Source: Octopus sinensis (taxonomy: Eukaryota). From it: a DNA stretch of 64,000 nt. The notes below the pieces were generated by a model, which saw only the letters and a list, made by a program, of their open reading frames with translations, was not told the origin of the DNA and did not search any database. Each line of letters opens with the position of its first letter. Positions within the stretch are counted from its first letter, which is position 1. The position numbers and the translations under genes are program-made. Of the stretch, positions 25,401 to 39,400 are shown piece by piece. The DNA lies in NCBI RefSeq assembly GCF_006345805.1, contig NC_043004.1:57226001-57290000 (forward strand), in the 5' to 3' direction.

Positions 25401-28180
25401 GATGTGGAACTTTGGTAGAAGAACCTCATCGTCATCACAGGGATCCATCTCATAGCGGTACAATATTTAAATAAGAAGAAACAAATACAGTGATTGTACA
25501 CATTAGCATGTCTTCAGCAGTTTCATAGTTAAAAACATTTATTTGATGGAACTAAATATATTCATGTGAGTGCATATGCGCAAAGCTTGACGTTACTGAG
25601 TTTATAGATATTTTCTTATCGTATATGCTTATATTAAAAAGATTCAACATAATATTTGAAATTGTTTCTTGTACGACGAAATTGTCTATCACGGTTTTGT
25701 TGCAAGTGTTCATTCTGTGGTGCAATTTGATTTTATACCATATTTTTCTTTTTTTTAATTTTTCTGTACTCTGTTACCAGTTATCATTCCTCGATGAGCG
25801 GATTTGTAGACAATGGTAAACAATCCTTCTTCTATTTCTTCTAATTATGATTATTAATATTATTATTGCTATTATTATTTTTCTTATTATTATTATTTAT
25901 GCTTTCTTATCTAACACAAGGCCAGTGCATTTTAAGGGTGGGGAAGTCCTTTACATCGTATTTTATCGGTCAGCGAAGGTTCTAATGCAAAATCGACGGG
26001 GATGAAATCTCAACTAAGAACTAAGAAAGTCATCGGCATCACAGGGGTCCAACTCATAGAGGTACAATATTTTAATAAGAAGACATAAATATAGTGATTA
26101 TACAGTGAAATAAACATTAGCAAGTATTTAAATTGTTTCCGACGCGGTTTTAATTCAACACGCTCGGCGCCTTATTTTTTTCATCATAGCAATAAGAAAA
26201 AGAAAAAGAAAGCAAGAAGTGTTAGAAAAATAATTATTGATTTTAGTATGATTATTTCCTTAGTATTAGTATTAGCGTAAGACATTATAATTATTATTGT
26301 TGTTGCTATTGCTATTATTAGAACAATGTATTTATTAATGTTAATCTTGGCATTAAATCATGGTAAAAAAACAGAAAAAACTACTTGCCCAAACAATGCC
26401 ACTCGCTGTTCAGAAGCAATTAACACATCTCATTACTAAATACTATTAAAATTTACCTTTTTTCTGTATGAAACATAAATCAATAATATTTAAAAGGTAG
26501 CCAAAATACAGTGTGACTTCCTATTGTGAATAAAATTATCTACTTTATATGAATAGTTGTAGTCAAAGAGAATTTTGACTTCCACCTACTTGTTCTTCTT
26601 TTCTTCAGTGGTCGTATAGGATCTGGAATAGGAGTAATAAACGTAAAGTAGGGAATCGACAAATATGACACCACAAAATATGAAGGAGGCTAAAATATAT
26701 ATCTCCGTTTCAATTACTGTACTGCATGCCTATAATACAATTATTTGTTTTTTTTTCTTTTCCCAGTGTAAAAAATGTTTTGTGCGAAACATATATAGAT
26801 AATTGTAATCAGAGTTTATATGAAGTACCCAATCAAACCTTACAGACAGCGAAATATAAAACAGTGGCGAAACACGGTCGGCCTTCCAGAAACTGGCAGT
26901 ATTTTACTTGCAGGTGTTAATACCGTCGATTTTATACTCTGAAATATTTCTCTCCTTTGTTCCCGTCTAATTTTATCACGACTTTTCTATCTCCTACAGC
27001 CACGAGAAAAATCCTTACCATTACCAACTTTTACACTAATATGAACCAGAATACCTCAAGACACCGTGAATCAGTAATAATTACTTTGAACAGCATCAAA
27101 ATCAACCACAAATTATCACAACACTACTATATTTTACTGACACTTCTTATTTTCATTCTTCTGATTCCACTTCCAATATCAATATTTTCAGCACGATTAC
27201 AAATATATCTGCCACAGCTTGAAATGAAATGTCGCATGCCACCAACAACACCACCACCATCACCACTATCACCACTACAAACCTATCTGCACGGCATATA
27301 CTTCTAATATAGCAATTTTTTTTCATCACAGCTCTGATTGCTGCCCTCTTCGTTTACTGTAACGTTATGATGACAACAATGATTTGATATATTTCATACT
27401 ATTTACCACTATGACAACTAAGTGCACAAATTTTTTTCTCCGTTAAAGTTTGGAAATGTAATGCACTTTAAATCAGCTCTAATTTAATTGAAAGCTTTTT
27501 CTCGTAGCCTTATTTGTTTTGTTAATTGAATTAATTATGATTAAAGGTTTTCGACCTCTGCTAATTGCGTACAAGACGCATTTCTTTTGCATTTGGGAAT
27601 TTTAGCTTGTCATACAAGTAATTGGTCAAGTGTCAGAAAAAAATTTATTTTTTTGCAAATTTGCATAACACTATTTAAATGTATCTTAATGCAATGTAAA
27701 TTACTTTTAAAGCATAAAAAGTTCACATTTAATTCAACTGTATGATGGTTGTTCGAAAGTACACTTCTGCTATTATAAAAGCACTTTTGATATTTCAAAC
27801 TGGCGAAATTTTAGCAAATCTGTTCACACTTTTACTTATAATAAAATTCTCTGCTCTATATTCCATTATGATGTCGACATAAAATCGCTAACATTTATTA
27901 AAATTTTGCATACAGTATCCAATTTATCTTAAATTTGATTTATATATGTGTGTGTGCTATATATGTGTGTGTGATTTATATATGTTTGTGTGTTCGTGGG
28001 TGTGTGTGTATTTTTATATGTAAATATATGCACATATATGTATGCATATGCATATATATATATACATGTATGTAAGTATATGTATATATATACATGCATG
28101 TATGTATATGTGTATATATATATATATATACATATATGTATGTATATATATGTATGCATACATGTATATATCTATATGTA

Positions 28181-28214
<34 letters not shown>

Positions 28215-28964
28215 ATATACTAAATATATAGAGAGTGTGAGAAAGCGGAATGAAAGATATATATATATAGATAGATAGATAAATATAAATGAAAGAGTGA
28301 AAGAAAAAAACAGGTAGATATATACATAACTGTTTTTGACTACCTGAAATGACTAGTTATTAGAAAGTGCAACTACCCAATATCTAAATCCTTTGAATCT
28401 ATATTAATTTGTTTTCTTTAGTATGTAATAAGACACTAGAGTAAATATTACTTCAGAAACATAAAGGAATTATATACTCTCTATCTTAAACCATCATCTT
28501 TATACACTAGAACTTCATTATCAAATCTAAACAATTAGGTCTCGTTCGTCTGTAATATACGTTCATTTATAAAACTTAGTGTGTGTGCGTATATATATAT
28601 ATATATATAAAGAGAGAGATAGAGAGAGTGGGTATAGGTAGAGAGAGACGGAGAAAGTAAGAGATAGAGAAAGCGAGAGAAATACCACAAGCTTAATTGC
28701 ATTACACTCTATAAAACATTGGGGTATTAAACGGAATACTTATTACAACCGTAAACTGAATATATATTTTCTGTAGATGAATATTAAAGAATCACATGAA
28801 TCACAAGATTCCTGATTGGGTGACTTAAATCTGATAGACAGATATTACTTAGAAAATCCACTTCTAGAAACGGACAATGCAAACTGTCTAATTAGTAACC
28901 CAATTAATGGGCATCCTAGAATTTACTATCTTTTTAAATGAAATCGGGCAAATTAAAAATAATA

Positions 28965-29004
<40 letters not shown>

Positions 29005-29024
29005 TAATAACAATAATAAAAATG

Positions 29025-29575
29025 CATTGATTCAGTACCAGGCAGTGTCTCTTATGGTTTCTCGTCTTAACTGATTGGAAGTGTTATCATGTACATTGTT
29101 TTGTTTTGGTATAAAAGATGAGCTACGGCAAATATTTTGCTCAATACCACAGATTTGCTTTTCAGTTGTTTGAACTTAACCAGTTGAGCATGTCCATTAG
29201 TGGCTGACGATATGTGCATCTCTGATCACGAGCAGAATTAGTGGGGGAGCATCATAGCTATGTGTCGAGAGGAATTTTTGGGGTTTGAATAATTTACCTA
29301 TGGAAGCATGGGTTGTTCGTTCAACATCCTTAAACAACCCTTATTTAAACACCTTTTGAGCGGGATGGGTTACTCGACCAGAAAAAAAATTCTAATTGGG
29401 CCCCACCTGCAAAGTCATGTGCTATCTATCTTGACATGAGATCACCATGTCGCGCACATATGGTTGTGATACATGTGCCTGGTGTACCCTTATCAGTCGG
29501 GTAGTCAAGATGGGTATACTGGGCTTCGTATATTTTACCCATGTCACTTTGATAGCATACACTGCTCTCTCACTC
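29025..29575. repeat. About 550-bp non-coding interspersed element bracketed by (TAA)n runs
   Basis: Complex sequence between (TAA)n at 28958-29020 and 29576-29588, with terminal hairpins (TACCC..GGGTA). Single copy in this window. Confidence 0.5.
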
Positions 29576-29589
29576 AATAATAATAATAA

Positions 29590-29870
29590 AAAACCTGGAA
29601 ATAGAGGTAGCCAGAATGTGGAATCTATAAACAGAAACAATTCCTATCATAGTAGGTGCATTAGGCATGATAAAAAAATATTCAGACAAATACATAACAA
29701 AAACACCAGGACTTACAAACACATATAACATACAGAAAATTGCACTACTAGGCACTGCACACATCCTACGCAGAACACTTTCCATACAATAACCATCAGA
29801 GCATCACAACAAATCACAGCACATACCTCGGTAGTGAAGTGAAAGCACGCTGTAAATATAAAAATACTGA
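29590..29870 (+). mobile_element. R4/Dong-type 3' fragment (second subfamily)
   Basis: LEIEVARMWNL*TETIPIIVGALGMIKKYSDKYITKTPGLTNTYNIQKIALLGTAHILRRTLSIQ* aligns with ORF 41-427; TAA runs on both sides. Confidence 0.88.
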
Positions 29871-30084
29871 ATAATGATAATAATAAATGACAATATTTTA
29901 TGTTTATTACTTAATTATAAAACCAAAACATAAATCGTACGTTAAACTTTATAGAAAATTTTGAACATGTGTTCCGTCTGCATCATTGCAATTTTCAAAT
30001 CCATCCTTGTCATGTGAACTACCTTTTGAAGAATTTCAAGAGTTATCTCTTGCACTGCAAAGTAGATACGTTCTTTATTTTCAG

Positions 30085-30114
30085 CTATAATATTGCCCCA
30101 TCTTTTGGATGAAG
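30085..30114 (+). other. Candidate 30-nt phase 1-1 microexon (xIILPHLLDE)
   Basis: TTCTTTATTTTCAG|CTATAA...GATGAAG|GTAAAG; only one frame is open. Could be chance. Confidence 0.25.
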
Positions 30115-30302
30115 GTAAAGAAAAATGACTGCAGCCACACTGAAAAAATACTGTCGTGGACAGAAAGGAAAATAAAATTGTGAAACAATTATAGCAATTA
30201 GAAAATTATTATCAAAGTAACACATATTATTTATGATAAACATAGATAAATTGTCAGATTTCATTAAAATAGATAGTTACATATGGGGCACTTTGAAATA
30301 TT

Positions 30303-30517
30303 CGTTTCTAATTTAGGAACAAGGTCCGAAGTTTTGGGAAGAGGGGACTAGTCGATTACATCGATCCCAGTACGCAACTGTTGCTTAATGTATCGGCTCC
30401 CGAAAGGATGAAGTGCAAAGTCGACCTCAGCGGTATTTGAACTCAGAACGTAAAGACAGACGAATTACGCTAAGCATTTCGCCCGGTGTACTAACCTTTC
30501 AGCCAGCTCACCGCCTT
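30303..30517 (-). mobile_element. SINE family B, tail type 2, with TSD
   Basis: Same head as 17261. 14-bp TSD CACTTTGAAATATT at 30289-30302 and 30521-30534. Confidence 0.88.
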
Positions 30518-32663
30518 GGACACTTTGAAATATTAGCATTTTAATGATTCTCTGTGTGTCAATGATAAATAATATATATAATACCGAAGCGAAGTATGAA
30601 CCTATGAAATCATACGCACTTAAAAACATAATTCAGCATACTTATGAAGTTATCAGTTCGTTGAATATGGAACATACTTGTAAGTTGAATAATAAAAACG
30701 TCTTCATACTTTTAAATTTCATAACTGATTCCCAATATTGGTTTCTCTTGCATTTCCATCTCTATCCCATGCGTCTTTTACTGTTAGTATTCTACCCTCC
30801 CTGATGAGAGTAATATTGTTCTAATGGATTCTAAAATGTGTTATTTTTCTTATAATAATTTGCTGCTATTTATTATCTACACATATATATTTGAGTTCAT
30901 AGAAATGCCATAGATGATTATATTATGGATTCCAATGTGAAAGAAAAATATATCAAATTTCTAAGCACTTGGTGCGGTCAAAATAATTTAATTCACTGCG
31001 TATGTGTTTCTTAGATCTTAGCGAAAGATAAATGCTAAGGAAGCTTCCACGATCTGTATTGGGTCAATAAATATAATTCCATCTTCGTCAGAACCGGCAA
31101 ACTTCACTTAGGCCTGTGTATGCTTCCGTATAAGTTCAAACTATATTTCCCTGTGCAGTGGATATGAACTTTACGCGACTCTCCAAATAAATAGTCATGT
31201 TACAGTTTATATTGTAGATCAGATGAATATGCGATATATCAATCTGTGCAAGTGAGTATTTACTTCATTCTCGAACGAGTAATCTGGGAAACAAATTGTT
31301 ACCTAAAAAATTCCATGCAGTATATTAAGTATAATTATCTCAAATATAATTAAGAAAGAAGATGAAGTGGCAATGTAAATGAGATTAATAGTGTGGATAT
31401 CCAATAGTACAAGTAAATAAGATACTTCTTGTGTTAACATTATTCCATTTGTCTTAACGAGCGAACGCTTTAGAGTAAATTTGCAAAAGCATAACAAAAT
31501 CAAAAGAGAAGTAGAAGAAAAAGAAGTAATATATCAATTTGTGGGTTAAAAGTACAAGTGACATGCTGTTGAAATAGAAACATATTTTATTTACCTCCAA
31601 GAAGTAGGTTGTTCTTAAACGAGATTCTATTTGACTTAATGTCAACCTTAATATCACAATTAATTGCTTCAGAGTTTACAAATTAATTCAAAACAGTGTA
31701 ATATAATAACATTGAGAAACGTTCAATATTGATGATTCGTTTAATTATTAAATTAAAGGATATATTTCTTCTGCTATTTCCTCGTAACCACTCAAACGTT
31801 ATAATCTTTCATCGTAACCAATCAATTTTCACTAATTATATGTATATGTGTGTTGTGTTTGACGGAGCAACGCTGTCGATGGACCAGGTAAATTTGTGTA
31901 TCTATCTCTATAGTGGTACACTAGAATTTCTGGAGCCAGGTTACTAATCATATGTCCATATAACACAACGTATTGTACCGAGCCAGTCAGTTCGATAGAG
32001 CGAAAATTTATTCCCACGCAACGTATAACGTCTTTAATTAGGTGAAATCCAATAGCCGCGGAATCCTTTCAGTTATAGGAACACGGCTTGGAATTATGGG
32101 AGAATGTGTTAGTCGATTAAATTGCCCTCAGTACTTAAGTGGCACATGTCTGTGTATAATTCCGGATATTTTCAAAATATATTCTCTTATTGCTCTCGAT
32201 ATGAGATTTACATGACTCTCCAGGCCAGGAGGTAAAGACGATCGAAACGCCGATAAGCATTCGTTTGAAGTGTTAACAATTCTGTAACATTGTCACATAA
32301 AAGAGATCGGAGGCACAAACGCTTTATATCTTGTAGAAGGAATAATGGTTCAGTGAACGTATCTTTGTCTTCTGTACGCCTTCTGTCATTTCCAGTAAAA
32401 GATTAAGAAACAATGAATGCATACCACGCACGTTATACATTTAACGTATCAACATATTTTATATTCGACAACAGCTTTTTAAATACATGTTTCTAAATAA
32501 CCATTCCATGTTTTTTTTAGTATTATACAGTGTTGAATACCTTTCTAGATAATGAATGAAATCTGAAATATAAATACTTAACTTACGCCCATCATATTCC
32601 TATATATAAATAATGCTTTAACGCCTTTATATTTCTGTGAGTGTGTTTATATTATACACAAAC

Positions 32664-32716
<53 letters not shown>

Positions 32717-34098
32717 GCATCAATGTATGTAAGAATAAGGACATATGTGAGGTGCGTAAGCTATCATCTGAAAAGCATACGAATATATATGCATGTGTGA
32801 GTGTGCATGTGTGTATATTCTAAACGCTTTTGTGATTTATGAAACTCACAATAATTTTTACTAAAATTGAATCATTATATATAAATATTAATATTTTATC
32901 CAAAATTATTCATGAAATCGATAAACATATAAATCAATAAACTTCAGTGCATAAAATTATAGGAGAATACGATAAAAGAAGACAAATCGAGAACATTGAG
33001 TGCACAAACCAATGGAACGAACTGGGTTTGAAATAATGGAGATTAAATTAATCCATAAGACACTTACTGTTCCCATTAGATAAAGGTTATAACTTGTGAC
33101 TACCACCTAATGAGGGAAGAAAAAGAGGAAACGATTACATAGAAGTATTAGACTGGTTTTGTCAAAACTGCGTTTAACCACAAACAATTCTCCGAAAGGA
33201 ATTCGTATATGTGAAAATATGCTAAACGTCAAACTACATTATATAAATTAACCTAAGGCGTTCCAACGGATACATGTGAGCAAACGCAAATGTTTAGAAT
33301 AAATTCCGACCGTAAATATGGATTAAATCCGGAACAATTCTAGATTTTTAATATTATTATTCTCTTATATGAAGAATACAGCACAAGCAACGTTGCACAA
33401 CTGAAATAAAATACATAAATACATTTGTGAATATATATTACTTGTAGAAATAATTGGAATCTAGGCCCTTCAAGTATATGAACGCCATATATATACCTAT
33501 GTAAAATAACATAGGGAGCACAGGTAAAAACTATCCTAAAGGCATCATGTGGTGGTAGGATACTCTAGACATGTATGTACAAGATCCAATTTAAACCTTG
33601 AGAACTTGTTCTGGGTGTGGCGTAGGTATTAGATGGAACATAAATGGTGTTTTATGACAGCTACTTTGGTAGAATTCATTTATGTAATCATAGATTACAT
33701 TATAGCAAAATCCATCATTTTCAGATAAAAGTTTAAACAGATATAGATAGGGGAGGTGAAACTATAAATCTGACAAACCCAAGAGCATATTTAAAAAGTG
33801 ATATTGTGCAATCTAATAATTGAATTTATTAAGTATAACGGGCATACGAGAAGCAACGAGCGAGATCAAATAGATATTGACATTTGAAAAAAATAAACTT
33901 CGTTAGATAAGGAATTTTAACTTTGATATGTTTGATTAACATAAATGCTTACGTGAAAATTTATACCTTTATGTGTGTGTGAGTGTGAAATATAGTTATG
34001 TGAATGTAAGTTCATAACGCTGAATACCTGTGCGAATAGACGAATCCATTTATCTTTACCTAAATACTTAAATAAGGATGCGAGTACATATATATATA

Positions 34099-34130
<32 letters not shown>

Positions 34131-34241
34131 CTTAATGTAGGATAAAATTTTTTTCGAAAAAAATTATTTTCGAAAAAATTCTTTTCCAAAAAAATCTTAT
34201 CAATGGCAAGCATATTAAAAAATACCTTTAAAGGTTAAATT

Positions 34242-34545
34242 TATAAACAATTCATAAATAAGGGCAAACGAAAAAATTCTACTGCCAAATATGCCGAAAA
34301 ATTAGACGTATTGTCCACTAACCATTAATTTTTTCACAATTCGCACGCTACTCGAAAAAAGGTCGACAGAAATTTCTAAAAAATTCCATTATTACCATTC
34401 GGACCGATTTCAGGGTTAGCTTATAACAGCCCTCCCTTCGTCAGTGATACATGTGGCAAAAAGTTAATGGACAATATGTCCAATTTTTCGGCATATTTGG
34501 CATTAGAATTTTTTTCGTTTGCCCTTTATTTATGAATTGTTTATA
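34242..34545. repeat. Inverted repeat, arms of about 80 bp
   Basis: 34242-34322 versus 34463-34545, near-complementary, spacer about 140 bp. Confidence 0.8.
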
Positions 34546-34550
34546 TATAT

Positions 34551-34598
<48 letters not shown>

Positions 34599-34611
34599 AT
34601 ATAATATATAC

Positions 34612-35321
34612 GCGAGAAAGGAGCAACAAGAATGGATAGGTTTTTAGTACAATCGTTTCATAAAAGGACAGGCTTATTAAAGTTGTAAAAATTACAGCAT
34701 ATAACGTGTCCCGTACTCATCAGCTAAAATACATGTGAGTTCTCTAGACATCCTAGTGGTTGAGGCTATACTCATGAAGTAATGTAGATAATTAAGTAAC
34801 ATAAACAGATTTCCAAAGTTCATTAAAGTTCTTTAAAGATGATGTACAGTCTTATCACAGAATTTTAAAAAAGTTCTAATAGCATCACAGAGAAGGTGAC
34901 CTAATCCATAGAGCACATATGAATTTCCAGAGATATGATGAGGGATTACATACTCACAGAAGACAAATTTATCCATTGTTAATCACAACGAGGTGGGTCT
35001 CAATTCCTGCTTATTAGCATTACAGAGAGGGTGAATTAATCCTTTGTATAGATGCACAATTTCCAATGGTGTAGATGTAAGTTTCCAGAGAAATGAAGAG
35101 GAATTTAATGAACTTTGGAAATCTGTTTATGTTACTTAATTATCTACATTACTTCATGAGTATAGCCTCAACCACTAGGATGTCTAGAGAACTCACATGT
35201 ATTTTAGCTGATGAGTACGGGACACGTTTATATGCTGTAATTTTTACAACTTTTAATAAAGCCTGTCCTTGTATGAAACGATTGTACTAAAAAGCTATCC
35301 ATTCTTGTTGCTCCTTCTCGC
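34612..35321. mobile_element. Fold-back element with arms of about 217 bp, possibly Penelope-derived
   Basis: 34612-34827 and 35104-35321 differ at about six positions. The arms contain CTGATGAGTACGGGACACG. Confidence 0.85.
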
Positions 35322-35432
35322 TTATAATCACCCCACATTACTGTATTGTTAAAACAGTATAGTTTTTTTTGGTGCATCTAAGTTAGGTACATATTCAAGT
35401 AATTCATTCAAATTAACTGGAATCTTTATTGC

Positions 35433-35513
<81 letters not shown>

Positions 35514-35849
35514 GTATGATGAGATCGTCTATGTAAATTGTAGTACTTGTCAGTCTCTGATAATGTTAATGGAGTTATTGCAAATTATCGTTTAATTTTA
35601 TATATTGATATAAACCTGAAAATAATAGGCAAGCACAAACCATTCAAGAGTAGATGATTGCTATATTTCGCCATTTTTGTAACTTATCAGCATCATGTCA
35701 CTGAATCGAACTGGAGGCAGGCCGAATCGCCTGTCTACTATTACGTATAAATACTGTAAAACCCATTTATTGGTGTGTCACAATGATGCATACGAAACAT
35801 TAATTTTCTAGATTGGCAATTCCATTCGTTCCCGTTTCGATTCATTTAC

Positions 35850-36300
35850 CTGATATTGTGAAGCCACAAATACCAGAATATGTCGTAGGCGAGGCGTTTT
35901 GGCAGTCTATGACTTTCAGGTGTTTCAATACCCAGGACATACCGCTGTAATAAGAAGTAGTTGGAGATCACGCGGTCGTTAGCCTCAAATCGCCAGGTCG
36001 TCTTCAGGCACAATACGTAACGAAACGGCGAAAAAAGAAAACATATACATTGTGTATGTGCGCTCGATAATATCTACAACAATATCTTTGCTTCTAATTC
36101 CTGATGGAATATAGATATATAGCTATATTAAATCTCTGAGCGAGATGTAAACGATAACAGTACGGATGTCGTAAAATATTTACCAACAAAATGTAGCGGT
36201 TTTATGCAGAACGATGATACTGTTGATTTTAGCACCAGGAAGACATCTCCTCCACGAAGACAGTTTGTCGCTGGGAAAACCATATAGTATGTTGCGAGTG
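35850..36300 (-). other. GC-rich coding-like segment of uncertain origin (decayed RTE RT C-terminus or isolated exon)
   Basis: Open frame CLKTTWRFEANDRVISNYFLLQRYVLGIETPESHRLPKRLAYDIFWYLWLHNIR followed by AG|GTAAAT; upstream frames contain stops. Confidence 0.3.
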
Positions 36301-36600
36301 GAATGATAGTTCTTCACTGGCTGGTAATTATCACACTCTGAAGACGGGTAAACACTCAGAAACCCGGGTCTGTGTGTATCACCTCCTCTCGTAAATACTA
36401 ATCGGACACAGAGAGCCAATAGTAGCCAGCCGGAGGCGACTTCCTGGGGCTAAAAGCAACAGTAACATCGTCCTCTATGGGACCACAACATTTAGTTGGA
36501 AAATGTATATGTATATATATTTAATTTATTTAAAAGCAGCAGAAATACAACAAAAGCTGTTACTGAGAGTTTCACCTTCCCGTTCGTCAGTCAGTTTTGT

Positions 36601-36644
<44 letters not shown>

Positions 36645-36929
36645 CAACTCCCTGTATATGCGTATGTTTACATATATATGCATAACTTAATATATTAATA
36701 TCATTTGAATTTACTGCTATCTCAATTAGATCAACCAGGCGTGGGTCAAACCTTTATTTGATCTACTGTATTCGTTGCATGTACAGAGAACTAATCGTTG
36801 TAAGTCATCAGAAAATTACTTTAGAGTACTATAGATGTTATTTATACTTAACTAAATGGTCGTATAAGTGCTTTTGGTTGATTCTTATAGATAAATATAT
36901 ATAATATATATTGTATGTATATTGTATAT

Positions 36930-36982
<53 letters not shown>

Positions 36983-38218
36983 TATATATATATAGATAGA
37001 CATAGGTATAGATAAATATATATAATATATATAGTATATAAATGTGTATATATTTTATATATATGTAAAATATATACATACATATATATATTATATATAT
37101 ATATTATATATATATATATATATATAAGAGTGTGCATGTATGTGTATATATCAATGCCTTCTGCATGCCTGATGTGAATATTTTAATTTTAGTTCCTATG
37201 ATAAAAGGATATGGCTGTGCAAATCTTATAAGTAAAACATTCTCTTTCTCAACTTCACGGACTTGTAATGCGTGTTTTCTAGGTAGAAATTTTTACTTCA
37301 TCGATATCATCAAAGAGTGCCAAGGAACACTTCGAAGCTGCAGAACCTGTAATGCTAATACTGTATAGTCTTAAATCAATTCATAACATTTTGAAGCTGT
37401 AATACCAATTGAACACGAAGCTTCAAGTAATATCATAAAGCAAAGTTCTGTTGCTCAATTGAAGGTTTATGGGCGACAATGGCTAGATTAATATTTTTAT
37501 AATAAACTGAAAAAAATGAAATGAAGTATTTATACTTGTATTCTAATGAAGCGTGATAGATTCAAAAAGACAAAGTTTGAATTTGCTCAGAAAATATAAG
37601 ATTAAAAAGCTTATGATAAGAATACACAGATAAGCGAAAATAGCAACACACTTCTGGGAAGACACATACACTCATATAGTTACTTTCACCAGCAAATATT
37701 CTCTCTTACGTATGTTTTTTTATAAGTCAATATGCGATACTGAAGGTAGACAGAATGTTAGTAGTCCTATTAAATTTTCCGGCAAAACCCCGATAATTTT
37801 AGTACGGAAAAACATATTAGATCATGTAAGTTAAGGTATCTCCATAAAAAAGAAAAAAAAAGAACGAATTATATATCTTTGATTAGTGGTTTGTTTAAAG
37901 AAGGCTTGTTAGAATTAAAATATCACACTACGCAGATACGAATGCGAACGAAGTTTATGTCATCTAGAAATGGCAGTGACATATGTAATGTTTGTATTTC
38001 TAAGAAATCACTGATCCTGACAATTTCATAGGGTAAACACTTTATGAATAAGAAACTCTCTAGGACGTGAGTATCAGTTTTCGCTAAGGCATTATGGTAT
38101 TTCTTGTACAACACTAATTCATCAGTAATGTTGGTATAATATCATTATTAATATATCGTACATGATCTCTAAAGATAAGCCACAAGACTAACATAACTTG
38201 TAATCTCTTTTTCGGCAG

Positions 38219-38250
38219 TAGAGTTGTAAATGCACAGAACCAAAACAATG
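38219..38250 (+). other. Candidate 32-nt exon (RVVNAQNQNN)
   Basis: CTAAC at 38188-38192, TCTCTTTTTCGGCAG acceptor, ATG|GTAAAT donor. Confidence 0.3.
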
Positions 38251-38999
38251 GTAAATACGAGAAAGGACAGAGGTTGTGTGATACAGAAAGCAGAACTACT
38301 ACATTGTGAGACAAAAGATCAAGCTGTTTCTAATGTTAACCTTTACTTTCACTGGAATATATAATTTTTGTTATAATATTTCGATTCGTGTCTAGAGAAT
38401 AATTTCAATGATTCTACTCAACTAATTAAATGAATTGGTATCTCAAGATTGTATTCAAATTAGCATTGCCGAAATTATATTAGTGGTCACAAAATTTTTT
38501 TTCAGGCATCATAAACATAATCAGCTTTGGTCATCAGTTTAAGAAACACTTAGAAATAATTTTATTCACCATATTTACTGATCTGTTAATTTTCAAATTT
38601 AATGTTATGCTTGAATTGAAATCTATTGTTAGTTTTGTTGTTTTTGCCCTTGGAATTATTATTATTTTTATTATTATTATTATTATTATTATTGTTATTA
38701 TTATCATCTTGTGAAATACTGTGGTGGTGAGCTGGCAATATTGTTACATCCTCTTAAATATACTTAGCGAAATTTGTTACAGATTTTTCACCTACTGAAT
38801 CGACAATTTATACTTTTGATGCCGAAAAATGAAACGGCAGTGAAGTACTAGATAACCATGGTATCAAAACTCCGGTTCTCCTAAAATTTCCCGGGTTTTC
38901 ATTTAAATCAGAAAGAATGAAAGTATAGTTAGTTATAGTATTGGTTTTGTTGATTTTTGTTATCATTATTGACGATGGTGAATTTGATTTGGAAGTGCC

Positions 39000-39400
39000 A
39001 CTTATTTTCTCAACGAAAACAAGAATTCAGGGAAACCGTTCGAGGGATTCAAGCTCTAGGATTTTCAGTCAAAAACTCTATTAGACGCGGTTTCTATAAT
39101 TTTAGCCATTGTTTTAACCAAGAGTTTTGTGCGCTGGTCTTCGGTGATTGGTGATGCGGAATTGATTACCATACCAAACTCATCCACCACGAAAGGGTGG
39201 ATAAAGAACATGCATATGGTGCGACCCTGACGAGTTCAAGATCTCTTTAAGTTTGAAAAAGATAAAAAGCTATATTCTGCGAATGTCGCTTTCGTTTCTA
39301 TTTAACCGTGGGGGATCATTGTAATATATAGTGGCATGGGGTCAGAGGTTACCAGTTCGTCAAGATTGTCTCTTCTTGTCTCTTTTTCATGTACTGAGCA
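39000..39400 (-). mobile_element. Possible decayed Ty3/Gypsy RT-RNase H junction
   Basis: FFKLKEILNS...PFVVDEFG...NSASPITEDQR loosely matches FEKLKE.L.S..PFV.. / YASR.LT.AQR. Confidence 0.25.

Noticed and set aside
25313-25470. VLLPKFHISET resembling a serpin motif
   Set aside because: Short match bounded by stops, and part of the sequence is repeated at about 26030-26105, indicating a repeat.
39225-39270. CTGACGA...GAAA hammerhead-like core
   Set aside because: No stem II, stem III or stem I pairing.
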